A stretch of DNA of 64,000 bases from Paraspadella gotoi (taxonomy: Eukaryota > Animalia > Chaetognatha): assembly GCA_051294375.1 (NCBI GenBank), contig CM119265.1:24211118-24275117 (forward strand), given 5' to 3'. Position 1 is the first letter of the stretch; every line of letters starts with the position of its first letter. The notes under the pieces were generated by a model. That model saw only the letters and a list, made by a program, of their open reading frames with translations. It ran no database searches and was not told the DNA's origin. Shown here one piece after another: positions 1 to 13,475 of the stretch. The translations under genes were made by a program, and so were the position numbers.

Positions 1-523
1 AAAATTGTCAACCAAATGTACAATTGTAATTGGCACTGTGGCAAGTAAGTGGGTTTGAGGACATTATAAACAATGTATGTACGATAAATGCAAAAAATTA
101 CGTTTCAAATTTCTACATGAGTGAAGTCAACCTTTGCATCCTCCCAATCTCTACCCAATCTCTACCCAATCTCTACCCTTTCTCTACCCATTCAGAGCCT
201 CATGGTGTAAATCTCCTTGCTACGTCAATCACAAATGCATCTGTGAATGTCCCAACCCTTGCGTGAAACGTCCATGCGCCGACTATCCGCCAAAGGACAA
301 CGGAAACCCCGATTATTGCAAACAGTGAGCCTGCAACTGCAGATGTAGATATCGCTGTCGGAAGATGATGTAATATTTTCATAATTGCAGCGCCGAATGC
401 GAAGGAGAGTACCGCTGGTGGTACCGCAAAGTCTGCGCAGAAACTTGCGGGGTCTGCAACGAGCTCCGGGGGAACGGTTGGAGCGGAAGCGGATATGAAG
501 AGGAGGATTGGAAGCGGAAATGA
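1..523 (+). CDS. 3' end (partial) of astacin-family (M12A) zinc metalloprotease with EGF-like and ShKT domains
   Basis: Exons 1-44, 196-324, 391-523 join via GT-AG phase-2 introns: KIVNQMYNCNWHCGK|ASWCKSPCYVNHKCICECPNPCVKRPCADYPPKDNGNPDYCKH|AECEGEYRWWYRKVCAETCGVCNELRGNGWSGSGYEEEDWKRK*. KIVNQMYNC matches the astacin C-terminal (I/V)NxxYxC motif. C-x-D...C...C...W...C-x3-C-G-x-C is a ShKT pattern. AATAAA at 663-668. The catalytic HExxH motif lies outside the window. Confidence 0.75.
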
Positions 524-870
524 AGAGGATGAGAAGCGGAAATAAAGAGGAGGATTGGAAGCGGAAACGGAGAGTAAGGGGAGGCGTGTGAATTGAAATA
601 AAGGAGTAGGGCGGAAGTGAAAATGGAGTTGAGAAATAGAAATGGATGAACAGAACAGGCCTAATAAAACAATTTGTTAAAACGAATGTTTAAAAACCAA
701 AAAAAAACTAATTAACGTTTGTTAAATAAAATTAATTCTGTCGATTTGAACGTTTTTCTGATTTATTTTGATAAAAAAAAGAAACAAACTCAGGATCTTC
801 ATAATCAGGGTTGCAAGCGGCGATAAAATATTTAAAACATTTCAAGCTTTAATTGATTCACACAAAAGTT

Positions 871-905
<35 letters not shown>

Positions 906-924
906 CTCCTCCCTCTCTCTCTCT

Positions 925-970
<46 letters not shown>

Positions 971-2518
971 CTCTCTCTCTCCCTCTTAAAATCTCAGCGT
1001 CCCTCGAACGAGCGAAAAGCTTCAGATACAATGAAGAAACAGCAGACGTTGAACTTTGCACGTTCAAGTTTTCTCTTCAACGCGGATCATAACTTGCGCG
1101 CAATTGGCTGCGACGTGGTTCTTACGTGCTACGTGTTAATTTCGTGCGAGATCAGTCCGTCGTTGAGTCATTAAATAAACAGGAATATATTCAACAATAT
1201 CAAAATTTATTTACGATAATACGCCGATTTTTTCATCTTCAAATTTATGCTAATCAGGTTGTTTTTAACGACTTTTTAAAACTCTTTTGCTCCCTGATTC
1301 GGGGGGGGGTCATAGGTCGTCCAATTTTTAAAGCTTTTTCACACATTTTTGGGCTCAGATTACCGCGTTTTCTGCATCTTCATATTATGGACCCTTCTAC
1401 AATCTACATTCATCAATTTCCAATATGTATTGTGTATGTAACCAATAATTTGAACATTCACCTCTCTCTGGGCCTTTGCCCCATTTTTTCTCGCCGGCCA
1501 ATCTGGCGATTTTTGCCGCTCATTTTCCCGGCGCCGATTTCGATTCACTTCTAAACTCTTTCGTTAAAAAAATCCTTTGCCTCACAGATTCACAGATTCA
1601 CGGATTCACCTTCGATTCACTCGCAAAACATTCACCGGCACAAAAACCCAATGGATTTTTTTTTTTTTTTTTTTTAATAAAAACGTGGATTTTCTCTTAA
1701 AAAAAAACCTGAGATTAAACAAACAGAAGGACGGGAGTGATGCGTGTCGGAGGAAGAGGGAGACAGAGTGAGCGAGAGTGAGAGCGAGAGATTGTGAGAA
1801 TTGAGAAGGCGCGGAAAAAAAATAGTAAGGCGACAATTAAAACTATTTTTTTTTTGAGCGAATGAAAAGAAGGAAAATAAATTAAAGTTACAAATCGATC
1901 GTCGAGTCTTCGGAGTCGCGTAAACTCGATCCCCAAACGAATTTTCAAAACTCAAAACTCAAACTCGACACAATCTTTTTCTTTTTCTTTTTTTTTTGGG
2001 TGTCACTTTTTTTTTTTTGTTCTTTCACAAATCGTTCAACAAATCAACTTCGACTTTCAGTTTCTCAACGACCTTTGATAAGTTTATTTAGTTTTTATGG
2101 TTCGATTTAGTTGTGAAAAATTAGAATTTATAATTAAATGCGAGAAAAGCTTCAATCCAAGAGTAGGGTTTAACACTTCATCGGTATTGTTAAACGCGGA
2201 AATACGTACATTAACCTTTAAACCAATATTAGAATATATCAATTTATTGACCAGTTGCGCATTGCTAAACGTAGAAATGCAATAGATAAGTTGTTTGAGT
2301 TACACCCTCTTTCGTGCATTTGGCGATTTAATATTTTTTCTGAGCCAATAAAGTCAGCCAACTGGTTTTGACTGAAACATCTTAACAGCCCGAAATAAAC
2401 TCGCTCTTTATTTAAAATCCAGTCGAACTTTAAAACTGTAAATTTCTCATCGAAACTCAAGCTTCTCAGATGTTTATTGTTTAATTAAACTTTCAACTTC
2501 TTTTTCCTGTTTCTTCAG

Positions 2519-2864
2519 AAAGATTAATCGACGACGACGACGACGACGCTTGACGATTGTAAAATTCTCCCTCGCGTCTCACGTCTCACGCTCCACGTTT
2601 CACATCGCAAGCCTCACCGATTTCGATCACATGACATCCCGAAGCTATGACGGTGCCACGGGAATTCACCGCAAAGTGACGGCGGATGTGAAAATCGGAT
2701 TATTAGTGATATGAACTAAAACAATTAACCAACTTCGTTTCGCGTCGATTACAATTGATGAAAAATAAATTACATTTTTAAAAAAAGTGACTTCTTGGAG
2801 ACTTTTAATGCAAACGAAATAAGAAGGACAACGCCAGGAATTTTCTTATGCGGTTTGCGTTTTG
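2519..2864 (+). other. Putative 5'-UTR exon (contains a 27-aa uORF, 2631-2714) of the downstream + strand locus
   Basis: Polypyrimidine tract + TTCAG acceptor at 2517-2518 and TTG|GTGAGT donor at 2865. No long ORF. Confidence 0.45.
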
Positions 2865-3324
2865 GTGAGTCGAACGTTTTTGTGCGAAGCTTCCTTTTTG
2901 ATTTGCTAATTTTTAATTGATTTGATGTTTTTCAAATTTGGTGTACGTCATGTGTATTTTATGCGGCATTTATAGGCGCGGTGTTAAAAAAATTAATTTT
3001 CCCAAATAATGCAGTATTTTGTTAAATTAAATTTAATAACTTTTTAAATTTAATTTAATAATCTTTTTAAATTTAATTTAAAAATATTTTTTACATTTTA
3101 AAACCTATTTTTTAGTTGTTTTGGTTCATGTCGTTCGGCAATGTCGTTTTGTCTAAGAGCAACAAGAAACAAACAAAAAGCAAAAAAAAACAACAACAAT
3201 GATAACAACCATAACAACAACAACCAACAACAACAACCATAACAACAGAATCGGGATTCTCTTGAAGATTTGTCGGGAAATCAAGGGGAGCGTTAAGTGG
3301 AAAGATGTGGTTAATCAATAAAAC

Positions 3325-3732
3325 ATCTTCATCATCATCATTATCATCATCATCATCATCATCAACAACATCATTATCTATCATCATCATCCTCATCATC
3401 AATCATCATCATCAACCACATCATTATCATCAACATCATTATATCATCAACATCATTATCATCATCATCACAATATCATCATTCATCATATCATCATCAT
3501 CATCAATCATCAACAACACCGACGTCCTCATCGGTATAATCACCATCTTTATCACAATCGTCTTATCATCCTCAATATCTTTTCATCATTGTTATCATCG
3601 TTCAAGATGCGAAGTTTTAACCTGTTCCTCAATTTATCTCACTTGATTTGTAATCAATTATCATAAGATTTTTTTATTATTATCTTGAGGGTTTCTTTCC
3701 TGCACTTTATCATCATATCGTCGTAGTAATCC

Positions 3733-3766
<34 letters not shown>

Positions 3767-3845
3767 TGTAAATTATCACATCTTAAGCATTATCATCATC
3801 ATCATCATAACATCATAAGCATTATCATTATCATCATCATCTTCT
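3325..3845. repeat. Degenerate (ATC)n microsatellite region
   Basis: Runs of atcatcatc with variants. Explains the spurious His/Ile/Ser/Asp ORFs. Confidence 0.9.
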
Positions 3846-5009
3846 TCTAGTTTAAATCTATTTTTAAAAAACATTTAAGCATTTATTTAATAAAATTAAT
3901 CTTTTTCGTTTTTCTTCGATTTCTGCCTTAAAAAAATTCGGTAGGCGTGACTGACTCGATCTCTCGCCTTTGCCTTCAGCGAAAAACGTGAAAAAGAAAA
4001 AAAAACATTCAAATGTTGTTGCTGTTTTATTTATTTTTTTAATATAAATAATTTTTTTTTTTAATTTATTTTCTTCAAGATTAGAAATCGTTTTGAAAAT
4101 TTGACTCGTTGCGGCTTTCTTTGAATTTTTTTTTGTTGCAGGAATAATTTTTTACAAGAATTGTAATCACGTTTTTTTTTAATAGTTTTTTTATTATTCT
4201 AAAAATAGGAATTAAAGTTCAGCTCAGCTAAATTCCTTTTCATCAATGTCCTAAGAAAAAGAAAAAAATTCCGTTATTTTTAGTCATTCGGAGGCGTTAC
4301 TAGTCCTGATGAGACCGAAGGAAAAAAAACAAAAAACACAATTTACTTCAATGGAAAAAACAATTTTTTGCGTGCGGTTGAGAAAGTTTCCGGATCGATT
4401 CCCGTCCCTCATAGTCGTTCGCTGAAAATTCCTCGACCGTTTTTTTTCTCCGCTTTTCTGTCAACTTTTAAAATTTGTCCATCTTAACATTCAAGGTTCA
4501 AACTAATCCAAACTGTTTTCGAATTCGATCCAATCTTTTATCTTCCAATTAACCAAATCTCTTTTTGATTAAAAGTCGTCGCTTAACCCCGGATTCCTTT
4601 CGTCGGCTTTGGATAAACTGGTCCCTGGGGAAACGACGACGACGACGACGACAATAACAACGACGTCGACAACAACGACGAAAAAAGCAAACAACGGACG
4701 AAATCTTGTCGCCGTCGTCGTTCGTCGTTCGTCGTCGTCAGCTCAGCAGTCGTGATTTTCCTGCCAAATTATTTGTCGTGTTTTCGTTTTTTTGTTTTGT
4801 TCAAAACTGGGTTCCCGGTTTCTATTTTGTCTCAATTTTTTCCCGAGTTTTTAAGAACTCAGGACGAAATCTCAACCTTTTGTTTCTCGCGGCGAAAGTT
4901 GACGATTTTACGGCGAAATTCAAGACGAAGTCTTGCGACGAAATCTGAAAATGAAATCTAAGGACGAAATGTTTATCGTCAGCAATCAGTTTCGAAAACT
5001 GTTATCGCT

Positions 5010-5250
5010 TTTAGTCGTTCGTTGGTTCGTTGTTGGTTCGTTGTTGGTTTGTTGTTGGTTCATTGTTGGTTCGTTGGTTAGTTGTTGGTTCGTTGGTTCG
5101 TGTTGGTTCGTTGTTGGTTTGTTGGTTCGTTTTTGGTTCGTTGGTTTGTTGTTGGTTCGTTGGTTTGTTGTTGGTTCGTTGTTGGTTTGTTTTTTGTTCG
5201 TTGTTGGTTCGTTGTTGGTTCGTTGTTGGTTCGTTGGTTCGCTGGTTCGT
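5010..5250. repeat. Degenerate GTTGGTTC/GTT compound repeat
   Basis: Repeated gttggttc(gtt)n units. Explains the spurious W/F/V/G ORFs. Confidence 0.85.
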
Positions 5251-6333
5251 TAGTTCTTTGAAATTACGAAATTCTATATATTATTCGTTTTTACCCTTTA
5301 TAAGCGAAATGTTCATATTCGTCGTGTTTTAACCCTTTCTTTCTGTATTTTGTTTTATCCTCCGAAACGATTTAACTCTGGTTTTCGTGTCTCGTCTGTT
5401 TTTGTTTCTCTCGATTAAACCTGTTTTCTGTTTTCTCCCTTTATTTCTATTTCGTGTCTGTTTTCTCTCTTTCTTTCTATTTCGTGTCTGTTTTTTCTCT
5501 TTCGTGTCGTTGATCCGTCGTGGTTTGAACTTTTGGTGGAGTCGATTTGGTTTTTCGTTTTATGAGATTTTGGAGTTTTTTTGAAAATTAATCAATAAAT
5601 AAAGTTACATGTATGTAATTAATTATGTTAATTATTATTGTAGAAAATTAATAAAAGACTAAAAAAATTGGTAAGATAAATTTTATGTCTAATACCGATT
5701 TTGTCCTTTGTTACTTGCATGTAAACCTTCTCTGAAGATGAGAGATTAAAAATTATAAAGTCAAGATTTCTAGATTTTACTGTTTTTCTACGCAAATGAT
5801 TTAAATTTTTTTTTCAAATATCTGTTGGTGACTTATTCTGTCAAATGAAGTGAAGTCAAGTCATGTTGATTGTGTCGAGTCACGTCGGGTCGTGTTGGGT
5901 CTTTTCGAATCATGTCGAGTCATATCAAGTTGTGTCAAGTTGGGTCAAGTCATGTCGAGTCATTTCGAGTCGCGTCGTGTCATGTCGTGTTGAGTCGTGA
6001 TAAGTCTTTGGCTGAATTTCGTTTGAAAAAGAATTTTAATAAATAAATTTACATGTGTGTACTTAAATTAATTTTCTTTGTTTGTTGAAAATTAGTTAAA
6101 AACTAAAACAATGGGTAAATCTTATGTCAAACACCGATTTTTTCCTCTGTTACTTGCAAGTTAACCTGTAAATATGAGAGATTAAAAATTGACAAAGAAA
6201 GCCAAGATTGTTTCAATACATCGCATTTTAACTCAAATGGTTTTAAAATTTACAGACTCAATTTATTTTCCGTTTCTTTTCAGACATCCGTCGGTGACTT
6301 TCTTGAGGAAGTGCGCGCCGAAAACAGTAAAAA

Positions 6334-6867
6334 ATGGGTAAGTTTTTCTTTCTGCGTTCACAGTTTTTCTCAATTGATGTATTAAAGTAAATAAAAAATT
6401 AAGCTCTCAATAATTCCAATTGAAATGGTTACAAATTAAATATATATCAATTTATAGTATTTATCAAAAAAATTATTTCTTCAAAACTTCATGTCGACAA
6501 AGTTTTTAAATAAAAAAAAATGTTAAAACTTAACTAAAAGGGAAAATTAAAAACACAAAAAACTAAAAGCTGTCTACTTGTCAAAAAAGATGAGCGTTAT
6601 AAATTTTTTTTATTTTCAAAAGTTTTGATTGATTACGGTCAAACGAAAATAACCGTCCAAAAACTAAAACTACACTTTTACGAGTAATAAAAGTTCACTT
6701 TTTTTCCTCACTGATTACGATGAATTTTGTTTTATTATCTGCAAAAAAATAAAAATAAATTAAAAAACCTTCGTTTCTCTTTCTGCTCTGTGTCTTGTCT
6801 CGTGAGTCAGACTCGCGGAGCCAAGAAACTCAACTCGACATTTTTCCTGAACTGCTTTACATTCTCT

Positions 6868-6956
<89 letters not shown>

Positions 6957-9900
6957 CCTCCATCCAGACCTCCTCAGAACCTGAACTGAAAAAGAGAAAG
7001 AAAGAAAAAAGAAAAAAAAACTCGAATCAATTCCAGTTTTTAAACTCGAAACAACTCGTTTTCGTTTCTCCCGAATAAAGATTAAAAGAGAATCTAGTTT
7101 CTTTTTCTATTTCTTTCCTTTTTTTTGGCTCTTTCTTTAATTGCTCCTTTCTCTGAGGTCGAAGCGACTACAGTAATTTGTCGCCTCGCCCTTTTTTTAC
7201 TTTTGTCGGACATTACTATTTAGTTTCGATTCGTTATTTCGAATTTCGTTATAACAGGAAACTCCTGTGGCAAACAAAGAGGTAAAGATACTAGATTAGA
7301 TTCCGATTGCTGTGTTGTTGTTTTGGTTGTTATTGTTGTTGTAGTAACCGTCGTTGTCCAGGAGATGTTCTCTCTTTCGTTGTTGTTGTCGAATGCGAAA
7401 CAGAAACAGTTACGGATTTGTTTTGTTGCAAAACCGCAGATCTTGTTTTGTTTTTGTTACTAAATCGAAACAAATCAATGTATTGGAAAGAGAAGGAATC
7501 CTATAAACGTTTGTCTAGTAATTTTTTATGTTTTTGACCAAAAAATAAGAAATTTAAGAAAGATTAACTTAGTCCTGATAAAAAAGACTAAATAAACACG
7601 GTTAAAGCTAACTTCCAAACTAATATCTATGTGTTTTTACTGACCAAAAAAAATATTTTCATGTCTGTAATCGTTAATTTTTATTTGACAAAAAATCTCG
7701 AAATAAATTTTTTTTTCTCACTAAGCGTGGGAAAGTTGAATTCTTGTAAAGAACATCAGACAATTCTTTTTGGAGAATGAAATTCTTGACCAAGTCGCGA
7801 CGTGTTCTTTTTTTCGCTGAAATCTCATTTCGGTTTTATCAATACTATTTTTAAATGAATTAATATCTACAGTTTAGACAAAGAAAGTTTTTCAGAAAAA
7901 AAATTAATTCTTAAATAATTGAAACGATAATTAATTAATTTTTCTAGGCAACAAAATAATTTTTTTAAGCGCACCGAAAAAAAATATTTTAGTATTTTTA
8001 ACATTATATTATCATTCTTATTGTCATTATCATGATCATCGTCTATTTCATTTTCTTTTCATTTTCCGCATGATTGCTACTTTTGCTTTGATTATACCCC
8101 TTGCTTTTTTAGAAGCCCCGAGTGCCAAACGCCCCGGTTCTGCAGCAACCTCGTCCGCCGCAACTCTGCCACAACCAACCGCCAACCCTTCCGTCGATTC
8201 TAACTCCTCAGATCTGGACTCTGTCTTGGGGAAGCTAGATTTGGGAGGTATATTATCAACTAACAGTTTTGTCATATTGTATTCGACTTAAAAAAGAAAA
8301 GACTATTAAGTTATAAAAAAAAGCAGAAAATAACAAAAAATCAGAAACGGCTTCCAAGACAACAGGGTCCTAATTGATTGTGCAGTAACAAAACATACCT
8401 AAAAATTTACACCATTTTTACCAGCATGTTTCAACTAATCAGCTTTGTTTCGTTTTGTGACGTGTTCTCCCGCTATTTCTTTAACCCTCGAAAAAAAACC
8501 ATCCTTACAATTCCTCCGAAACCCTCCCAAAAAATATTTTATGAAAATATTGATAAAAAAAAATTATTATAAAACGCCGACTCGTCTTGATGCAGCAAAA
8601 AGTCAGCCACCAACATCCGCCGCAGCGCAGCAACAGCAGCAGCCTTTGAGCAAAAGCGCCAAACGGAGACTCAAGCGAAAACAGAAAAAACGTAAATAAA
8701 CAAAAGACAAACGAAAAAAATGACTTAAAAATAAAAATGGGGAAATTTTAGCAGAGGCACGCAATACATGTCTTATTTTTTGGTTTAACGCTCTGCTAAA
8801 ATTTTCACTATATGTACAAATTATAATCATTTAATTATGTCATAAATTTCTACTAATTTTAACGAATAAAAACGAAAAAAAAAAAATAACCCTGTAGAGA
8901 AAATGGCGGAGGCGGCGGCGAAGAAAACCGACAAAGCAGCAGCGGAGCCTTTAATTGCGGAGCCGGTAATCGGCCCGGCGAAGTCAACCGGCGCCGGATT
9001 TACGAGCGGATCTCTCCCACCGCCGCGTGGCCCCGCCCACGACGCCAGCGGCGCGAAAGGAGGCAAGAATGGCAGCGCTAAGATCAAAGCTAAGGGCGAT
9101 GCGGATGTCGAATCTAAAAGTGGCCCTAAAGGCGGTGCCAAAGTTGCGGAGCCAGTCATTGCGGAGCCGATCATCGGGCCTGCAAAATCCTCCGGCACGG
9201 GATACACCAGCGGATCTTTACCACCTCCGCGCTTTCCAATTCACGACGCTGGGGGCGCCAAGGGAGGCGCCAAGGGAGGCGCCAAGGGAGGCGCCAAGGG
9301 CGGTGCCAAGGTCAGCGCTAAGTCGGCGGAGCCTCTCGTCTCCGAACCCTTCATCGCGGAGCCAGTCATCGGCGCCGTCAAGTCTTCAGGCACAGGCTAC
9401 ACTGGAGGATCCCTTCCGCCGCTCCGCGCTCACGGTGCCGACAAAAGCGGCGCCAACGCCGCGGGGCCAAAGGGCGACGCCGGCGCCGCGATCGACGCCG
9501 TTGACGCCGCCGCTGACCACGCCGCCCCTGGGTCGTCGGCAAAAGGGAAGAAGAACAAGAAAAAGAACAAAAGCGGCGGGAAAGAGAGCGAAGTTGTTCC
9601 GGAAGTCGTCGTGGCGCCGATCGCCGCCTCCGGTACTGGATTTTCCCACGCGACGCTGCCGCCGAGTAATTTTCCGCCCAAAGCCGGAAAGTCGGAGGAG
9701 AAAGTCGTCAAGGGAAAGGCCTCGGCTCAGGAGAGTTCCGGCAAAGGTCATGGCAAAGGGCCGATCGTCGAGGAGCCGATTCTGATGCCGGGGAAATCGA
9801 CCGGAACAGGATATTCGTCGTCGTCTCTTCCGCCCTCGAATTTCGAGAAAAAAGTGGAATCGAAGTCGGCGAAAGATCAAAAGGTCGAAGCGCCGATTAC

Positions 9901-11242
9901 TCCAGCTGCTCCAATAGCTCCAGTAGAAAATATCATCGCCCCGAAATCGGGACACGGAACTGGGTTTTCCGATAAAACTTTGCCTCCTTGCAATTTCCCG
10001 AAAAAGGACGCGTCGAAACCGACCACCGGAAAAGGTTCCGATCACGAGGAAAAAATTCTCAGTCCCGTAAAATCCTCACAAGCTCACGCGGCTCCAGAAG
10101 CTCTAATAGCTCCAGTAGAAAACGTCATAGCTCCTAAATCCAGTCACGGTACAGGGTACTCCGATGCAACTCTGCCCCCATCTAATTTTCCTAAAAAAGA
10201 AGTCTCGAAACCGGGGGGGAAAACGACAGATCACGAGAAAGTCCCGAGTCCAGTGAAAACTTCACAGGCTCATGCAACGCCCGAATTATCTATCGCTCCA
10301 GTAGAAAACGTCATAGCGCCGAAATCTGGTCACGGTACTGGATTTTCCGATAAAACTTTGCCCCCGTCGAATTTTCCGAAGAAAGAGGCTTCGAAGAAAG
10401 GTCCCGTTGAGGAAAGTGTGCAACCGGTGAAATCCTCTCAGGTTCACGCGGCAGCAGCTCCAGCGGCGGCAGCTCTAGCCGCAGCGACGCCGCCGGCAAA
10501 ATCGAAAGAAGCGCCTCTCGTTTGCGAAGAAATTGTGGCGCCGAAATCATCGAAGGGGACAGGATTCTCTGACGCTACTTTGCCTCCAGCGAATTTTGAT
10601 AAGAAGGGACATGAAACAGGACATGGAAAAGATAAAAAGGGGCATGAAAAGGAAAAAACGGGGCATGGAAAAGATAAAAAGGACACAACTCCTCCTCCCA
10701 TCGAGGAAATGTTGATCCCTAAATCGAACACGGGGACAGGCTTCTCCGACGCCACACTCCCGCCTTCCAATTTCGGCAAAGCTCCGTCGACGCCGACGAC
10801 GACGACGACGCCGACGACGACGACGACGACGCCAGTGCCGACACCAACCCATTCAGCGCCTCTCAATTCCACGCCCATCAAAAAGGTCGAGGAGCCCATG
10901 ATTGCCGTCGCGAAAAATGCCACCAGCCAATCAGCGCCGGCGGTTAAGAGCCCTGCCAACCAATCAACGCCGGCCAAAGGCAAGCCCACCGATTCCAAGG
11001 CGCCGGAACCTCATCTCAAGTCGAAAGAGTCGACCGGCACCGGACATTCGGACAAAACTTTACCACCGGCGCATTTTGATAAGAGTCCGAGTCCGGACAA
11101 GACCGGTAAGACTCCCGTACCGGCGGCCAAAACGGCCGGAACCGCTGCAAAGAGCGCCGCTCCATCGACGGATCCAAAAGTGACGCCCAAGTCTAGTCAT
11201 GGCACCGGTTTCACTGACGGCTCTCTCCCTCCAGCGAAGCCT

Positions 11243-11281
<39 letters not shown>

Positions 11282-11293
11282 AAAAAGCATTAG
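6334..11293 (+). CDS. Uncharacterised ~875-aa Lys/Ala/Pro/Ser-rich protein with 12 GTG[FY][ST]xx[ST]LPP repeats
   Basis: ATG G|GTAAGT at 6334-6337, with an in-frame upstream TGA at 6295. Symmetric phase-1 exons 8113-8247 (EAPSAKRPG...KLDLG) and 8596-8691 (AKSQPP...KRKQKK). Acceptor TGTAG|8898 joins in frame to the GC-rich 796-codon ORF 8903-11293. The repeats show synonymous divergence, consistent with coding constraint. Confidence 0.85.
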
Positions 11294-11955
11294 CTTTTTT
11301 TCGCTCGATACTACACCCATACTCCGCTTATATTATATACATATTTAAAAACGCCCAACATTAGTTTATAATCGAGGAGATTTCGACGCTGAATCGCTAG
11401 TCAAAATTTAAAAAAAAAAAAAAAAAAATAAACAAATCTGTGATCGGAAGACCAAAGCAAAACTCAGGTACTAATCGATTAAAAAAAAAATATCGATAAA
11501 AATCTTCGATAAAATCGCAGTAGGAAAAAATATACACGAGCTTTTCTCCCACTCACCTCGCTTTTAGTGTGTACTAATTTAGAGTAGCACAACATGGTTT
11601 TCCGACAATGATTTTCAATGTCGCTGTTACTTTCTCACTATTAGGCGAGCCACAGTGTTTTTATTGACAAAGAATACTAGGTCATGAGAGCACTGTGCAT
11701 CGCTACTTTTTCATCACCCTGTATCATTAGTTTGGCATAAATTATTTCTGTACTAACACCACCGCTAGATTACTTTCTATTTATATATTCTTAATTTGGT
11801 ATATTTATAATCATTTTCGTATTAATACTGTCGTAAATTATTATCAAAACAAATCAATGTCAATCATATACTACAAACTACGTTGGCTAGTTAACTACAT
11901 TTTCTTGGTTTGTTTTGATTGGTTTCGATGTTTCCATAGCGTCTATGATTTTGTA

Positions 11956-13429
11956 TCACATAATGATACATTTCTTGAAGTCGTCCATATCTTGTTCCTT
12001 TGTTCCTGAAAATCTCCGTCTGGTTGACAAGAGATCCGCTGGAACTTGGAGTCGCTTTTCCGTCGACTCTAGAAAAACAAAAGACTTGTATGTTAAATAT
12101 TTGTGAGGTGATAATTGGTAACTGCGTCACATAGTAGTCGAAACCGTAATAATAAATATATATAGATATAAGGTGAAGAAACATTTTATCATGTTTATCA
12201 CTTTTTATTACATTTTTGTAATTTTAGAAAACTGAATATTTCTCCAAATATTAAATATAAATCACCTTGATTTCAGTTTTAGGCAAAAAAGACGCGTTAT
12301 AAATTTGTTTTGGTAGTATCAAAAAAATCTTTCTGATATTCCTAAATTTATTTTGTTTTTAAAACTTATCTAAATGAAGTGCATCGTAGTCGATTTTCAA
12401 AAGTTTTCAAATATTTTAAACTCTCTCGTTTCGTACAATCGTCACTCAAAATCCAAACATCGTTCAACCAAATCTTCCCCCCTACCCCCAAATCCGCCTA
12501 CCAAATCTTTTCCCCCTCTATAAATCTTCCCACCTTTCGTCTCCGTCTTCGACTCCTTCACGTCCTCAGGGACGACGACTTCAACAGATTTCACTTCCGA
12601 CGCCATAATTCGTTTGTTTGTTTGTTTTGTTTACTTTGGATTAAAACTTGATTAAATACGAAATCTTTTTCTTTGGACGGTTTGAGTTTGTTTTTTTTTC
12701 TTCTTTTGTGCAAAAATTCTTTTTTCGGTTTCGTTTGCAAAGTTTACTCTTTTTTTTTTCGAATTTGAGAGAAAGAATTGAAGGTGAGGTTCTTTAGAAT
12801 TCAGATTTGTTAAAATACCAAAAAAAGATCCGGGCTTACGTAAGATTTCTTTTGTCTAAAACTTTCTACTAAAGCTTTTTTTCAGTTAAGTTTGTCTAAA
12901 AGTGGTTTGCTCGTTATCGGAAGGGTCCTCGGCTTTTTAAAGATTTTCTTTTCATTCTAGAATTTTGTTTTCAAACGGGCGCACACACACGATTACGCTA
13001 GCACACACACAAAAAAACTTGCGGTTCCACTTTTGACGCGATGACCCGAGAGAACGAGAGGTAACGAGAAAGTGGCAGGTGTGGGGAAAGGTAGAGAACG
13101 GGTACTGGAAAGTCCGGGTGGGTTCAACCTAGGAAGTTGAGTTTCGTCAGGGTTGCCCGGGTGAGGCTCGCGGGTTTGGTAAGGTGACCATCGAGGGTCC
13201 TGTTCCCTGACGTCCCGATTTGCAACGTGACGCAAAACAAATGATTATTCTCTTTTGAGTTTTCCTTTCAGCTTTGTTCCTGTAATCAAGTCGCTGTGCC
13301 TAATTTACCTTGTGTGACGAGACTTGGGTCACTGTGCTGTAATCTTTGTCCCGGATGCGCGAATCTCGATCGAGATATTTTTATCTTTGCGACTTAATTG
13401 ACTTTTCGAGTTTTCGTCACCGAGAAGGA

Positions 13430-13475
<46 letters not shown>

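Noticed and set aside
768-1092. SLSL/RERE/FFLS ORFs here and throughout the window
   Set aside because: Translations of (CT)n, (GA)n and (CTTT)n microsatellites.
9027-11320. Overlapping alternative-frame and antisense ORFs (e.g. 252, 219 and 184 aa)
   Set aside because: Shadows of the GC-rich real ORF, with no independent motifs.
11698-11723. Tc1/mariner-like end (reverse complement TACAGGGTGATGAAAAAGTAGCG)
   Set aside because: No partner inverted repeat or transposase found in the window.
12993-13235. 80-aa minus-strand ORF inside the CaaX gene intron
   Set aside because: No ATG start, no clear splice sites and no motif.
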